Positions 29,984 through 41,806 of a stretch of DNA of 64,000 nt are shown here, in pieces (the first letter of the stretch is position 1; the number at the start of each line of letters is the position of its first letter). A model generated the notes under the pieces. It ran no database searches. It saw only the letters and a program-made list of their open reading frames with translations, and was not told the origin of the DNA. Both the position numbers and the translations under genes were made by a program. This DNA is from Octopus vulgaris (Eukaryota): contig OX597819.1 of the NCBI GenBank assembly GCA_951406725.2, positions 2,108,001 through 2,172,000 of the forward strand, read 5' to 3'.

Positions 29984-30195
29984 GAAAGTTTACGAAAATA
30001 AACAAAAGATGAAGGCAGGTGGAGTATAAACAAGCAAATGTATTAGTATGGCGCTCAGGAATAGAAAAAGTCTTTTACGTTTCGAGCCTACGCTCTTCGA
30101 CAGAAAGATACACAGAAAAAAACAAGGAGAGAAACAAGAGAAAAAAAGGAGAGAAAAAAATGCGTGTAGGAGCTAACGATCTATCATGGCGTCCT
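29981..30195 (-). mobile_element. Solo pseudo-LTR of the Penelope-like family at 41806-43378
   Basis: Highly similar to 41806-42005; abuts (TA)n. Confidence 0.85.
30071..30108 (-). ncRNA. Minimal HHR variant in PLE pLTR
   Basis: UCUUU CUGUCGAA GAGC-GUAG-GCUC GAAAC GUA AAAGA: stems I and II perfect, palindromic ACGU stem III, atypical core. Confidence 0.65.
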
Positions 30196-30239
30196 ACAAT
30201 ATATACATATACTGGAAGTGGATGCGTGGCATTCAATCA

Positions 30240-30291
<52 letters not shown>

Positions 30292-30609
30292 TGTGTGTGT
30301 GTGTGTGTGTGTATACATATGCAGATATGGGTACAGGACGTCACCAACTGTGTAAACAACAAGACGTACGAAAACAAACCAGTTAAATACGCAAACATCG
30401 AGAGAAAAAATGGAAAGCAGGACAAGTAGCAGGGAGAACGAGTATTCATCAGTTGTCGGTTGTCTATCTACTCCTCATGTCCAGCATTCAACGACAATAT
30501 GAGTTTTCGAAGACAGTTGCTTCCATAAATTCCAAAATAAACTTTTGTATTTATGGTGAGTCAACGTTTGAAACAAACATACATGTATGTGTGTGCGCGA
30601 GTATTTAAC

Positions 30610-30649
30610 GATAGCTAGACAGACAGTCAGATAGATAGACAGACAAATT

Positions 30650-30708
<59 letters not shown>

Positions 30709-30718
30709 TGATAGATAT

Positions 30719-30771
<53 letters not shown>

Positions 30772-30804
30772 CAGACAGATAGACATACAGATAGATAGAT
30801 AGAT
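30610..30804. repeat. (GATA)n array, 3' flank of Tx1
   Basis: Directly visible. Confidence 0.95.
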
Positions 30805-31129
30805 AACTTTTTATTGTAGCCACACAGGGCTAAACACAGAATAAAAATGGACGAAATACAATGTAGAATTTTTCTTTTCGAGGTGGGATGGGTGGGGCAA
30901 GAAAAAAAAAATAAATAAATAAAATAAAATAAAAAATAAAAAAAACGTTTGATCAATAGGGATCTGTGGGTTGTGTGGTGTATAAAAAAGCAATATATAT
31001 ATATATATAAGGTTCACAGTTTAGGTGTAGTCTTGGAAAGAAAAACCTACAAAAAAGACCAAGGTCACCTCAGGCAATTCGAAAAAGAACACATGAGTAA
31101 GTCGCCTTACTTCTCGTTGTCTCTTTTGG

Positions 31130-34100
31130 TTACAGATTTATGCTTAAAATAGTGTCGTCTTTCATACTGACCATTTTTGCCACTTTTACCCACTTTTTAT
31201 TAAAACATTCGTTCGACAAAGCCTTCCTCTCTATTCTCATCCTCCTTTTCAAGTGGTACTTGAAAAAGTTGACGAGAGACTGACCAGAGAGGAAGGTGTT
31301 TGTTTGCAGTCCTTTCAAACGCGTCCACCACACACATTCTTTCGCCATAGCCATCAGCGTAACGAAATCCGTTTTCCCTTCCCGTTTAAAGGAAGGTGGT
31401 GGAACAATATTCACAATAGACTCGGCCGATAGGCGAGCCTGACCTACACGTGACAACAGCTGTTCGACGAAGGACCACAGCTCTGAAATATCTGGACACT
31501 GCACGAGTGCGTGCAGAACGGTTTCGTCGCTCTGACCGCATCTCGGGCAGGTCGGTCCGGTGATGGTTTTCGAACCGTGTCTGTAGCTCTTCTCTCGAAC
31601 AGGTAGTGCGTCTCGATAGCACTGCCAAGCCAGGGATTTCTGGAAGTTATCCATAGGCCCCGGCCCGAACGTCGTCCTGAACAGGCGGGTTAGGAATTCC
31701 TCGTCGACGCCCAGGTTTGCCCCGAGTGTGTCGTCGGACCTCCCCTCCACTAGTCCTCTATAGAACGCTTTAGTCGTTTGTAAGTTGCACAAGTTTGACC
31801 CCAGTCGGCAGAGCTGCTGTAGAGCTTGGCGACACTCTCGGTGCCAATCGCCCAGTTTCGGTCTCTTTTTGATCCACGTTTGCAGTTCGGTCAGTGAGAC
31901 GAGCTGCGGGAAGTCGCGCCTCACAAACGGCGCCCACACCTGTTCACCGTCGTCGATGAATTTCCAGAGATGTCGCAGTCTCAGCGCATGCCTGCGCATC
32001 ATCAACCACGGCATGCCCAGTCCTCCATTCAACGGATGTTGACAGCAAATGGACTTCCTCACCATCGGAACGCCACCCTTCCACAGGAAGCGGAAGAGTA
32101 TGCGTTCCAGTTTGGTGATGGTGGCGTCGGGACAAGGTACGACGGTCAGGCGGTAATCGATGACGGATGCGATGTACGCGTTCGCCACCTCCGCCCGGCC
32201 TTTTAGAGACAGCTTTCTCTCGGCCCATGTTTGGCTGAGAGCGACCACTCTACTCGTGATCTCGTCCCAGTTCTTATCCATTTGGAGGTCCGGACTGAAC
32301 CAGACCCCGAGCAATTTAACCGGTCCGTCCGTCCAGCGTCCCACTACTGAGCCGCAGTCGGACGGCATGGGCTTGCTTCTCCAGGTGCCGAGTAGCAAAC
32401 CCACTGACTTTTCCGGGTTAATCTTTGCTCCCGTCACCGTTTCATATTTTCTTAGTGTCTCGCCGACCAGCTCGATGTGCTGGTAGCTCGACACTATGAC
32501 GGTGACATCGTCCGCATATGCCGACACGCTCGTCCCGCAACCCAGTTCCCGTGGGATGCCCCTCAGTGTCGCCAGCTTCCGCAGTAGCGGCTCGAGAGTC
32601 AATACATACAGAAGCGCCGACAGGGGACACCCCTGACGGACCGAACGCGTGATGTCAAACGGTTTAGACAGGTGACCGTTTACCCGAATCACCGATCGGA
32701 TGCCGCTATACAAGGCAGCGATCCAACCGCGGAAGACGGGACCGAAGCCAGCCGCCCTGAGGACGGCCGCCAAGTACCGATGGTCGACCCTATCGAAGGC
32801 TTTAGACTGATCCAAATTTATCAGCGCCCCACCCATGCCAGGATCCTTAACTACCCTGTCCACAATGTAGCGCATCAGATGGAGGTTGTCATGTATGGTT
32901 CTGCCCGGCACGGCGCATGTTTGCGCCCTGTCGACCAGTTTACCAATGACAAGCGCCAACCTCTCGGCTATTACTTTGGCCAAAATTTTCAAATCTGCGT
33001 TGAGCAGAGTGATGGGCCTGAAATTATCTATAAAATTCCCCTTGTTTGAGTCTTTCTTCAGCAACGTCACTGCACCTCGGCTCACGAAACCGGGGATTCT
33101 CCCGTTTTGTTGCCAGTTGCAGTAGACTGATGCCAAGAGTTCGCCAAACAAGTCTGGCATTCGACAATACAGCTCGTAGGGTAAACCATCCAATCCAGGC
33201 GACTTATCCCTCGCGCAGCCCGCCATCGCATCCCACACGTCAGCGGCTGTGATGGGACTTTCACAACACTCCGCCTCTCTTGCCGAGAGCCGCGGCAGGT
33301 CGGTCAGGTAGGCACTGAAATCCATCCCTCGTTCCGACCCACCACTCGCACCAAACAGTCGAGCAAAGTGCTGTTGAAAGGCCTCACACATCCTTTCGGG
33401 TTCGAGTAAACTGCATCCCTGTTGATCTATTAGAGACCGAATGGTTGATCTGTTGCCACGCTGCGCCTCCGCTACCCGGGCCTCTCGCGCAGCTTCAATC
33501 CCTTCGTTCCTTAAGGCACGCATTTTAGCTCTGACGACGCAACCTTCGTGCTTGGCGTTGAGGTGTTGGTCGAGGGCCATCCTCGCAGCTAGCACGTTGG
33601 TTGCGCTGCCAGTGGTAAGTGCCTCTTCTAGTTTCTTAACTAAGTCTCCCTCTACTCTATTTCGTTCTATCGCTAATTCCTTGCTAAACCTAATTGATTC
33701 CGATTTTATTGCCATTTTCAGGGCGTACCACCAGCGGTTGTTAACGACCGCTCCCGTCAGCGCCCTCTTAATTAACTCGCTAATCCGGTTCCTGTAAACC
33801 TGTCGCGCTAACAGCGACGTGTTCAGTTTCCAGTAACCGGGACCCTGCCTATGTGTTTTATCTAAGTCGAGCGTACACGTAACAAATTTGTGATCTGTGT
33901 AGCTGACTATTTTAAATTGTGGACATCCTACACTATCCCTATCCGCTGTCCTGCATAGAATTCTATCTAGATAAGATCTCGACGATCCGACGCGGTTTGT
34001 CCAAGTCCACGTTGGCACGTTCGGATGGTCGAGTCGGAACCTGTCAGACAAATGGAAACGTCTGAGCAGGTCTTTGAGGCTCTTACACCCCCTTCTATTC

Positions 34101-34570
34101 CTATCCCTTCCCACATAATCTAGATGCGTGTCCAAGGTAGCGTTCCAATCCCCTACTAACAGTAAAGGTCTAGACGTACCCAGGAAAACCTCTAGACGTC
34201 TGAAGAAATCCGCCCGACCCGTTAAGGACGGTGCATAAACTGCCATCAGACGGAATGCACACCCATTTCTGCCATCCACGTCCAAGACAACCAGCCTACC
34301 CTCCGGGTCTAGGAATATTGCTCTTACTTTTACCTTTAGACTCTTTCGAAAAAGCACCGCAGTACCTCCACCACCCATGTTCGGCAGACAGGGAGAAAAA
34401 TAAATGTCAAATTGATTGCCAAACATGGACTCGAGGGCCCGCGGCTTACTGAGTCTGGTTTCGCTGATAGCTACTATATCCACGTCCAGTGACTTGATGT
34501 CGTTTAGAAGGTAACCTTGCTTCCAAGCCGACGCCAAGCCACGCGCATTCACACAACCTAATTTAAGCAT
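31130..34570 (-). CDS. Tx1-type ORF2: APE endonuclease, reverse transcriptase, C-terminal Cys/His finger (~1146 aa from first ATG)
   Basis: NARGL, ISET, GDWN, SYLDRI, TDH (APE); KSPGLDGLP, NFRPITLLNAD, DQSKAFD, VRQGCPLS, YADD (RT); CPRC...ETVLHALVQC; uninterrupted. Confidence 0.96.
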   Translation of the reverse strand: MLKLGCVNARGLASAWKQGYLLNDIKSLDVDIVAISETRLSKPRALESMFGNQFDIYFSPCLPNMGGGGTAVLFRKSLKVKVRAIFLDPEGRLVVLDVDGRNGCAFRLMAVYAPSLTGRADFFRRLEVFLGTSRPLLLVGDWNATLDTHLDYVGRDRNRRGCKSLKDLLRRFHLSDRFRLDHPNVPTWTWTNRVGSSRSYLDRILCRTADRDSVGCPQFKIVSYTDHKFVTCTLDLDKTHRQGPGYWKLNTSLLARQVYRNRISELIKRALTGAVVNNRWWYALKMAIKSESIRFSKELAIERNRVEGDLVKKLEEALTTGSATNVLAARMALDQHLNAKHEGCVVRAKMRALRNEGIEAAREARVAEAQRGNRSTIRSLIDQQGCSLLEPERMCEAFQQHFARLFGASGGSERGMDFSAYLTDLPRLSAREAECCESPITAADVWDAMAGCARDKSPGLDGLPYELYCRMPDLFGELLASVYCNWQQNGRIPGFVSRGAVTLLKKDSNKGNFIDNFRPITLLNADLKILAKVIAERLALVIGKLVDRAQTCAVPGRTIHDNLHLMRYIVDRVVKDPGMGGALINLDQSKAFDRVDHRYLAAVLRAAGFGPVFRGWIAALYSGIRSVIRVNGHLSKPFDITRSVRQGCPLSALLYVLTLEPLLRKLATLRGIPRELGCGTSVSAYADDVTVIVSSYQHIELVGETLRKYETVTGAKINPEKSVGLLLGTWRSKPMPSDCGSVVGRWTDGPVKLLGVWFSPDLQMDKNWDEITSRVVALSQTWAERKLSLKGRAEVANAYIASVIDYRLTVVPCPDATITKLERILFRFLWKGGVPMVRKSICCQHPLNGGLGMPWLMMRRHALRLRHLWKFIDDGEQVWAPFVRRDFPQLVSLTELQTWIKKRPKLGDWHRECRQALQQLCRLGSNLCNLQTTKAFYRGLVEGRSDDTLGANLGVDEEFLTRLFRTTFGPGPMDNFQKSLAWQCYRDALPVREKSYRHGSKTITGPTCPRCGQSDETVLHALVQCPDISELWSFVEQLLSRVGQARLSAESIVNIVPPPSFKREGKTDFVTLMAMAKECVWWTRLKGLQTNTFLSGQSLVNFFKYHLKRRMRIERKALSNECFNKKWVKVAKMVSMKDDTILSINL

Positions 34571-34636
34571 ACTTGACAATTACGAAAATTGTGTTTTACA
34601 CACTATATTAGAAGAGACAAGAGGCAAGAAGTGAGG

Positions 34637-36510
34637 TCACTTACTCATTTTAAAAGTTTCATTTTTTTCTTCTTCTTTTGTATCGTTTTTGATGAGGTGT
34701 TTGTATAGTTTTTTTGACAGGTATCGTTGATACCCGCCTACCGCATTCGGAAATAATGTTTTCAGTATGTAGTGTTGTGCTTGTGTTATGTGTAAAATTC
34801 TGATGTGTTTCGGTGGTGTGGTGTGCGGATGATTGTTTGTCTTAAAATCATCTTCACAGACGACCATGTTAGATTTGATGTAGTCCATTAATTCTTTATT
34901 GTCTGTGTCTATTGCAGTTAGTTGTGTGTGTGGTTTTACGGGTTCATTACTTTTTTGATTGTCTAGGGGAATGTTGTCCTGAGTGAGATATCTCCCTGCT
35001 TTAATTCCTTGTTTGGTGGATTTTTTGGATCTTTTTCTTTTTACCCCCTGTGGCTATTTGCCATTCCGTCGAACTTTCGTCGTCCGAGGTATCAGTATGG
35101 GGTAGAGGAAAAAGAACAGGATCACTATGTATGCTTGTATAAATTGTTGATGTTTTGTGCGGTGTTTGTGTTGTTGTGGTGTTAGGGGTAGCATTTGTCT
35201 TCTCGTCAGTGTTTTCTGTCTTTTTAATTGTCGTCCTGGGTGTGGGTGTGGGTCGATTTTTTGAAGATTCAACAAGTTTAATTGGTTGTGACGTCAACGG
35301 TGATTGAGTTGGTACTGTTTTTCTTGGTGATGTTGTTGGGGTTTGTTGTTTTTCTTGGCGTTGTTCCATAATTGAGTGTGTTGGTGTTGGTGTTGGCAAC
35401 AAAGGGATTTTATTTGTTTTCTGAATTGTTCTGTCTTGTTTTTTCTGTACCAGATCGCACTTGGCAATCAAATGTTCGGGGCTGCCACATTTGTAGCATC
35501 TAGGCTTTTTGCCTTCTGCCATAACATATAGGCATTGCCCATTCTCCAAGTATATCTTGTCGGGTAGGCTCTCGATAGAAGCCCCCTCAATCTGGATGGT
35601 CACAACTACTGTTTTTCCACCCCAATTGTCGTTTAGGTACACGGCTGTTTCTAGAATATTGATCTTTTTCAAGTGGTAACAGATTGCCCCTGTTATCCAT
35701 TTGTTCGGCATATCGGGGGGTACATTTCTGATAGTAATTCTACTCACCCTCTGGTTTTTATAATAAGGGACCATGATGATTTCATCATTTCCCAGAGACT
35801 CAGTAGAGTGAGCTTTTGCCACTTCCTGGTTAGGGAAGCGGACCACTACTGTGTTAAACTGTGGACCCCAGTTTATATACTCTTTTTCTTTCATTATATT
35901 TTTTAAACATTTCTCCACATCAGTTTTTGTAATCTGTTCATTTGGTTTTTTGTTTTTTCTAATAATTTTATATACAATTGTCTTATTTTCAATTTCTTGT
36001 TTTATATGTTGAGGTGTATGCAGGACTAAATCTTGTCCACGGGTTGTAAAGAGAGCTCTTGTTTCTATGAGCTCTTCATTTGTGAATGTAAAAATCTCCT
36101 TTTTCTGGCGAAGAATATCTGCGAAATTTACTGTTGTTGACTTTTTTGTGTTGGCATCTTCACTATTAGATAGTTCATTTTTATTGTTGTTCTTGTTGTT
36201 GCTGTTGTTTTTGTCAATAGTTTTCGTTTCAGTTTTATTTTTATCATTTATGTTGGTCGTGGTAGCGGTGGTGGTGGTGGTGGAGGTGGTGGTGGTAGCA
36301 GTTGTTGTCTCGTGGTTGCTGTTGTTAGTGGTGGTGGTGGCGGTGGTGACAGGGCTGTTAACGCACGTGGTTGCAGCGTTCCTTTCACCGAATTTCACGT
36401 TGGCATTTTCCGTGCGAACGTTCTTTTTTTTTCTCTGTCGTTTCCAGACTAGGAAAATTTTGTTCCATAAAAGAACGCGACCAGCGTTCAACAATAAAAT
36501 TTCTAGACAT
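34637..36510 (-). CDS. Tx1-type ORF1 with CCHC knuckle; ~623 aa if two single-base homopolymer excesses are removed
   Basis: CYKCGSPEHLIAKC in ORF 35001-36593. The ATG at 36510 (MSRNF..MEQNFPSL) joins it via the A9 run at 36424-36432; ORF 34637-34888 joins via the G5 run at 35044-35048. Confidence 0.8.
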
Positions 36511-36710
36511 TTTCTAATGTCGAGAAGAAAATAATAGAAATGAAATGGGGTCGAAACTGCCCCTAGGGGCGAATTCCTCCCTTGGAAAAGCACTCAAATG
36601 AAAGTTGGTTGCCTTACACACCTTATTTGCAAAAATCTACACAAAAATTGGCCTATAAATAGTCAAAATAAATGATTACCTTCGGAGCTGAAACGACATC
36701 ACATCCGTCA

Positions 36711-36766
36711 ATAGATAGATAGATAGATAGATAGATAGTTAGATAGATAGTTAGTTAGATAGATAT

Positions 36767-36816
<50 letters not shown>

Positions 36817-36817
36817 T

Positions 36818-36859
<42 letters not shown>

Positions 36860-36880
36860 CAGACAGATAGATAGACAGAC

Positions 36881-36964
<84 letters not shown>

Positions 36965-36965
36965 T

Positions 36966-37015
<50 letters not shown>

Positions 37016-37032
37016 CAGACAGATAGACAGAC

Positions 37033-37122
<90 letters not shown>

Positions 37123-37141
37123 GCAGACAGATAGATAGACA
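36711..37141. repeat. (GATA)n array with GACA/GATT variants, 5' flank of Tx1
   Basis: Directly visible. Confidence 0.95.
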
Positions 37142-38694
37142 TGAACTCTTATAAATTCTAATTTGGCAATGAAATAGAAACAACTAACCTCGTGATGGGA
37201 ATCTTGAAATGTTTCCTTCAGCAGGAAAATACGTTTCTAAAATTAGATGTAAATATTTATCTGCTTTACGGAACATTTAATAAAAGAATGTATTTATTTT
37301 TGTATTCTTTTGGTGGTTTCAGTTATCGATCAGACTGCGGTCATACTGGGGCACCACTTTTCTTCTTATTTTATTTTTTTGTTCTTTTACATTAGAATTC
37401 AAAAGCAAATTAACGACGCGCCTTTCACTTCATAGCAAGATATATTTGACAGTGATAAATTACACTTGGCGAATTTTGCTTTGTTTTGTCTTTTTCTTTA
37501 TTGATGACATATCGTGGAGGAGGAAGGAAAGTAAAGTTGAAGTGTTATATATCTTCACGTTGAGAGGTTTTTTTCTTCTTTATTCTCTCTCTCTCTCTCT
37601 CTCTCTCATAGCAGAACGAGTAAGAAATATTACTTGATAACATTGGAAGGTTCCTTCTTATTTGGATAAGAAGGAGAAAGCAAAGCCAAAGCCAATTGAA
37701 TTGCTTTCCGCTTTACAAATGTTGACAAAAGAATCAACAAAACAACGCAGCATTAACGCCGTCAACAACAAAACATAGCAACAACAACAACGGCCGAGAG
37801 GCTTGTTACGTCTATTAAGGACATTCGATGTTACCATCAATCGGTTGTGCAGGATCAAATTTTTCCAGCATCAATCTTTCTATCGGGCTGAGATGTGTTG
37901 TTGTTGTTGTTGTTGCTTAACCTGAATGAATAGACCTATAATCAAAGGCATTGAAGTTGTGACTCTTTATTTTGTATATCTAGTACTATATTGTCCAATA
38001 TGTCTTACGATTATCTTAGAGTGAAAATTTTAAAACACAGTCAATACTTTTAAGCGACAAGGATGAAGCGGTTCGTGTGAGCAATTACCTCATCTAAACT
38101 GCAGAATACAGTAAACTACTTCGAGAGGGGTGATAGCGGACTGGATGTGTTTATTAATTATATAGAAGCTTGACAGACTTCTTCCTTCCTAATGAATGTG
38201 GAGCGAAACGGTAGACACTTGAGAGGATTCCAATAGTTGAGATGAAAAACGTGAACACGTTGCCTCATCCTAAATTAAAGTTTCAGCCAAGGATCCCGTT
38301 AAGATTTTGGTTCATTAAATAGTGTCATTCAGTGAAGATCTAACCAAGAATGCCACAATTCGTAGAATGTGTTCTACAGGATTGAGGAATTACATCTGAC
38401 CCTAGTAGGGCTTACACCAAGTTCCATCAGTAAAGATCATCTGACAGAAATGACCTTCAGGATCTTGCGTTAAATGAAGCCGAATCAGTTTTACCTTAAG
38501 AAATTGGATTGACAGATTATATATCGATACATTATTGTACAAAGTATTGTCTGTTATATATTCTATAAAATGACTCATTTACCAGTTAATGAGGTATTTC
38601 GCCTTCCAGTTCAGCAGTTCAGTGCGAAGATTATGATCCACTTGTATAAAATGTTGGTGCATTACAATTTAATATTCAAACAAAAATAGATGTA

Positions 38695-38989
38695 TTTGTG
38701 TTACTGTTTGTTCCCCCACCATCGCTTGACACTGATGCTGGTATGTTTACGCCCCCGTAACTTAGGGACAGATAGAATAAGTACTAGGCTTACAAAGAAT
38801 AAATCCTCGGGTCGATTGCTCGACTAAAGGCGGTACTCCAGTGTGGCGACAGTCAAATGACTGAAACAAGTAAAAGAATAAAAGAATATATATACATTAG
38901 GTGCAGGCATAGCTGTGTGATTTGAGGTTTGCTTCCCAGCCACATGGTCACGAGTTCGTTCCACTGGTTGGGACTTTCGGCAAACTGGC

Positions 38990-39033
<44 letters not shown>

Positions 39034-39240
39034 TGTGTGTGCTTTTGAGTGCCCACCCGCCGCTTGACGACCGAGGTTTGCCTGTTTACATCCCCGTAAG
39101 TTAGCGATTCGGCAAAAGACAAATCGAATAATTACCAGATTTTAAAAATAAGCACTGGGATCGATCCATTTAGGCCTCTTAAAAGCGATTTGTCCCAACA
39201 TGGCTGTAGTCCACTGGCTGAAGCAAGTACAGGATAAAAG
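38695..39240 (+). mobile_element. Two SINE family B copies (3' half, then a diverged full copy)
   Basis: Same motifs as 12931-13340. Confidence 0.75.
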
Positions 39241-40179
39241 ACAAACACACGCGCGAGCGCATACATATAGATATACATATATGTATATGTCTAAGTATAC
39301 ATACATGCAAATATACATATACAAACATTTATATATATATGCTTTCGGTGCGAATGGTTTTTTTTTATACGGCGCCATTTTTACAATCCTGTAAATAATT
39401 ATTTCTTTATTGCCCACAGGGCACGTTTCTGCCAGCTCGCTGCCTTAAATCCTGTAAATTATAATAATGGTATTTTCATATAAGCTTTTGGCGATCACCG
39501 TGCAATGACTAAGGAAAAGAGTCTAATAAAGGGGCATATAAGCCCTCGACAGAAAAAAAAAAGGCTTTCCTGCAAGTATTGAGGTAGTAAACTCCATATG
39601 AAGCATTGTCCAAATGAGTTGCAAGTGTTCAGGGAGACTAGTACAAGATGACAATGTAGGATGATAACAAAAGGAAATGAAGAACAAAGGTTTACATCTT
39701 TATCTTGCATTTCATACTTTGACATTTCAAAAATGTCTTTTTATGGAGATAAAAAGAAAGAAGAGACTGAGCTCAGCACATCTATTACATGGTGTTACCA
39801 ATCTGTAATATGCAAACATTATATTACCCAATTAGCATCGTGGTAGTGTTATATTGCCCAGTTAGCATGGTCGACTGACGCTTGATATCAAGATTTACTT
39901 TCTTCATAATAATAGCCTTCTTAATCCTAAAAAAGATTGCCAATATTTCTGTGGTCTTGATAAATACCATGACATCATGGCTATGACGTCCCTACACAAG
40001 TTTTCCAAACAGAAAAACACACATCAATGGGGTCTAAAATTCAGATGTTTGACACGTAAGATCAGCCACATTTATTATATGCAATGTAGTTTGCTACATA
40101 AAACCGCAAGCGTTTTATATGCCTACCTGCATGTGCTCATATATTGTTACCATGCTGTGGCGGATTCTCAAATGTATAT

Positions 40180-40242
<63 letters not shown>

Positions 40243-40943
40243 CACACATATAGGCCCGCAGTTCGATGATTGACTAAAACCAATAAAGGAATAAAACAAT
40301 ACATATATATCGTTATTGAATTCGACATCTCCCTCCTATGGCATTGATAAACAATAGCCAAAAGAAAATAATGGATGCCTCAACATCCCATTTGCAATAA
40401 ACTCGCTAAGAATGTCTTTTGTTAATGGTACTATCAATTGAAATGTATGAGTCTTATTTCTGACCATTCGTGTATAAAACCATTCACCTTCGATCCGTTT
40501 CCATGCTGCCGCACTTGATCACATACCAGTTCGATATTTGTTAAATTACCACTTATGTGTAATATTTACTCCTCTTAAGATGATGCTAATTTTACTTCTC
40601 AGATATCGCATGTGTGTGTGTATGTGTGTGTGTGTGTGTGTGTGTGCCTGTGTATCTGTGTGTGTTGAAAAGATTAAGATAAACACTAGCTTATATTATT
40701 AGTTCCTACGTACGTTTCGACACTATGCTTGCTTGGAACCCCGCATTGAGTGTTCCAAACGCAGTTGGGTGCTAAACTAAAACAGTGCCGGAGGAGACAC
40801 TTTATTGCATTAAGCTACAGAGAACTAGTGAACTAGAAGCAGAACTGGAATATGATAATCTACGTGGAGGTGTAAACATAACATTCGTTCGTATATGTTT
40901 GTATGTATATGTATATATTTGTATGTGTGCATATATATCTATG

Positions 40944-40985
<42 letters not shown>

Positions 40986-41032
40986 AATCTATCTATCTAT
41001 CTATCTATCTACCTACCTCTCTATCTATCTAT

Positions 41033-41085
41033 CCTAACTTGTCCCATCTGTGTGCAGCCCTGTGTGGCCAATAAAGAAACTTATC

Positions 41086-41086
<1 letters not shown>
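41033..41086 (+). mobile_element. ~50-bp Tx1-like 3' terminus inside (TATC)n
   Basis: tctgtgtgcagccctgtgtggccaataaa vs Tx1 end tctgtgtttagccctgtgtggctacaataaa; same orientation relative to TATC. Confidence 0.75.
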
Positions 41087-41156
<70 letters not shown>

Positions 41157-41763
41157 GCTCTATATATGTGTGTGTGTGTGTGTGTATACTGTTGTGTCTG
41201 GAGAGAGTCATTCTCTTTTGGTGCCTTATTACGTAACACACTCACTGGTAAAATTTCCGTTTATTTCTTTTTTATTTTTCTAAAATTTTCGCTGCGTCTT
41301 GCAACCTTTTCAATAGTTTTGCCTCTGTCCGTTACTCACACCGCGTTCCTTTTTGTTTGTTTGTGCGCATGTGTGTGGATCAGTGTGTTTGTGTGTGTGT
41401 GAGTCTGTGCCTATACATGTATGTATGTATGTTTGTATGTATGCATGTGTGTGCATATGTATCTATTTATGTCTGTACATTTGTATGTATGTATTCTGCA
41501 TATTCATGTTTGCATCTCCATGTTTATGTGTTTTTATGTATGTGTATGTGTGTGTTTGTATATGTATGTGTGTACCTCTGTCTCCTTGTGTGTGCATGCC
41601 TAAGTGTGTGTGTTTGTGTTTTGCAACTATGCACCATGTATGTATGGATATGCATCGCCACATGTGTGGACGTGTGTCTCCAAATGCCTCCTGTATATAT
41701 ATATATATTTTAAGTAGGTGAATGAATTATCCTAGTATGGATAATTCGGTTAATCGATACCTG

Positions 41764-41805
<42 letters not shown>

Positions 41806-41806
<1 letters not shown>

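Larger units (their letters stand above)
30805..36710 (-). mobile_element. Full-length Tx1-clade (L1 group) non-LTR retrotransposon in (GATA)n
   Basis: 5' UTR, zinc-knuckle ORF1, intact APE-RT ORF2, 3' UTR ending gccctgtgtggctacaataaaaagt then (TATC)n; same-orientation GATA arrays on both flanks. Confidence 0.93.

Noticed and set aside
36067-36534. Hydrophobic 155-aa plus-strand ORF and other ORFs overlapping Tx1
   Set aside because: Antisense or alternate-frame shadows of the T/N/K-rich ORF1 and GC-rich ORF2
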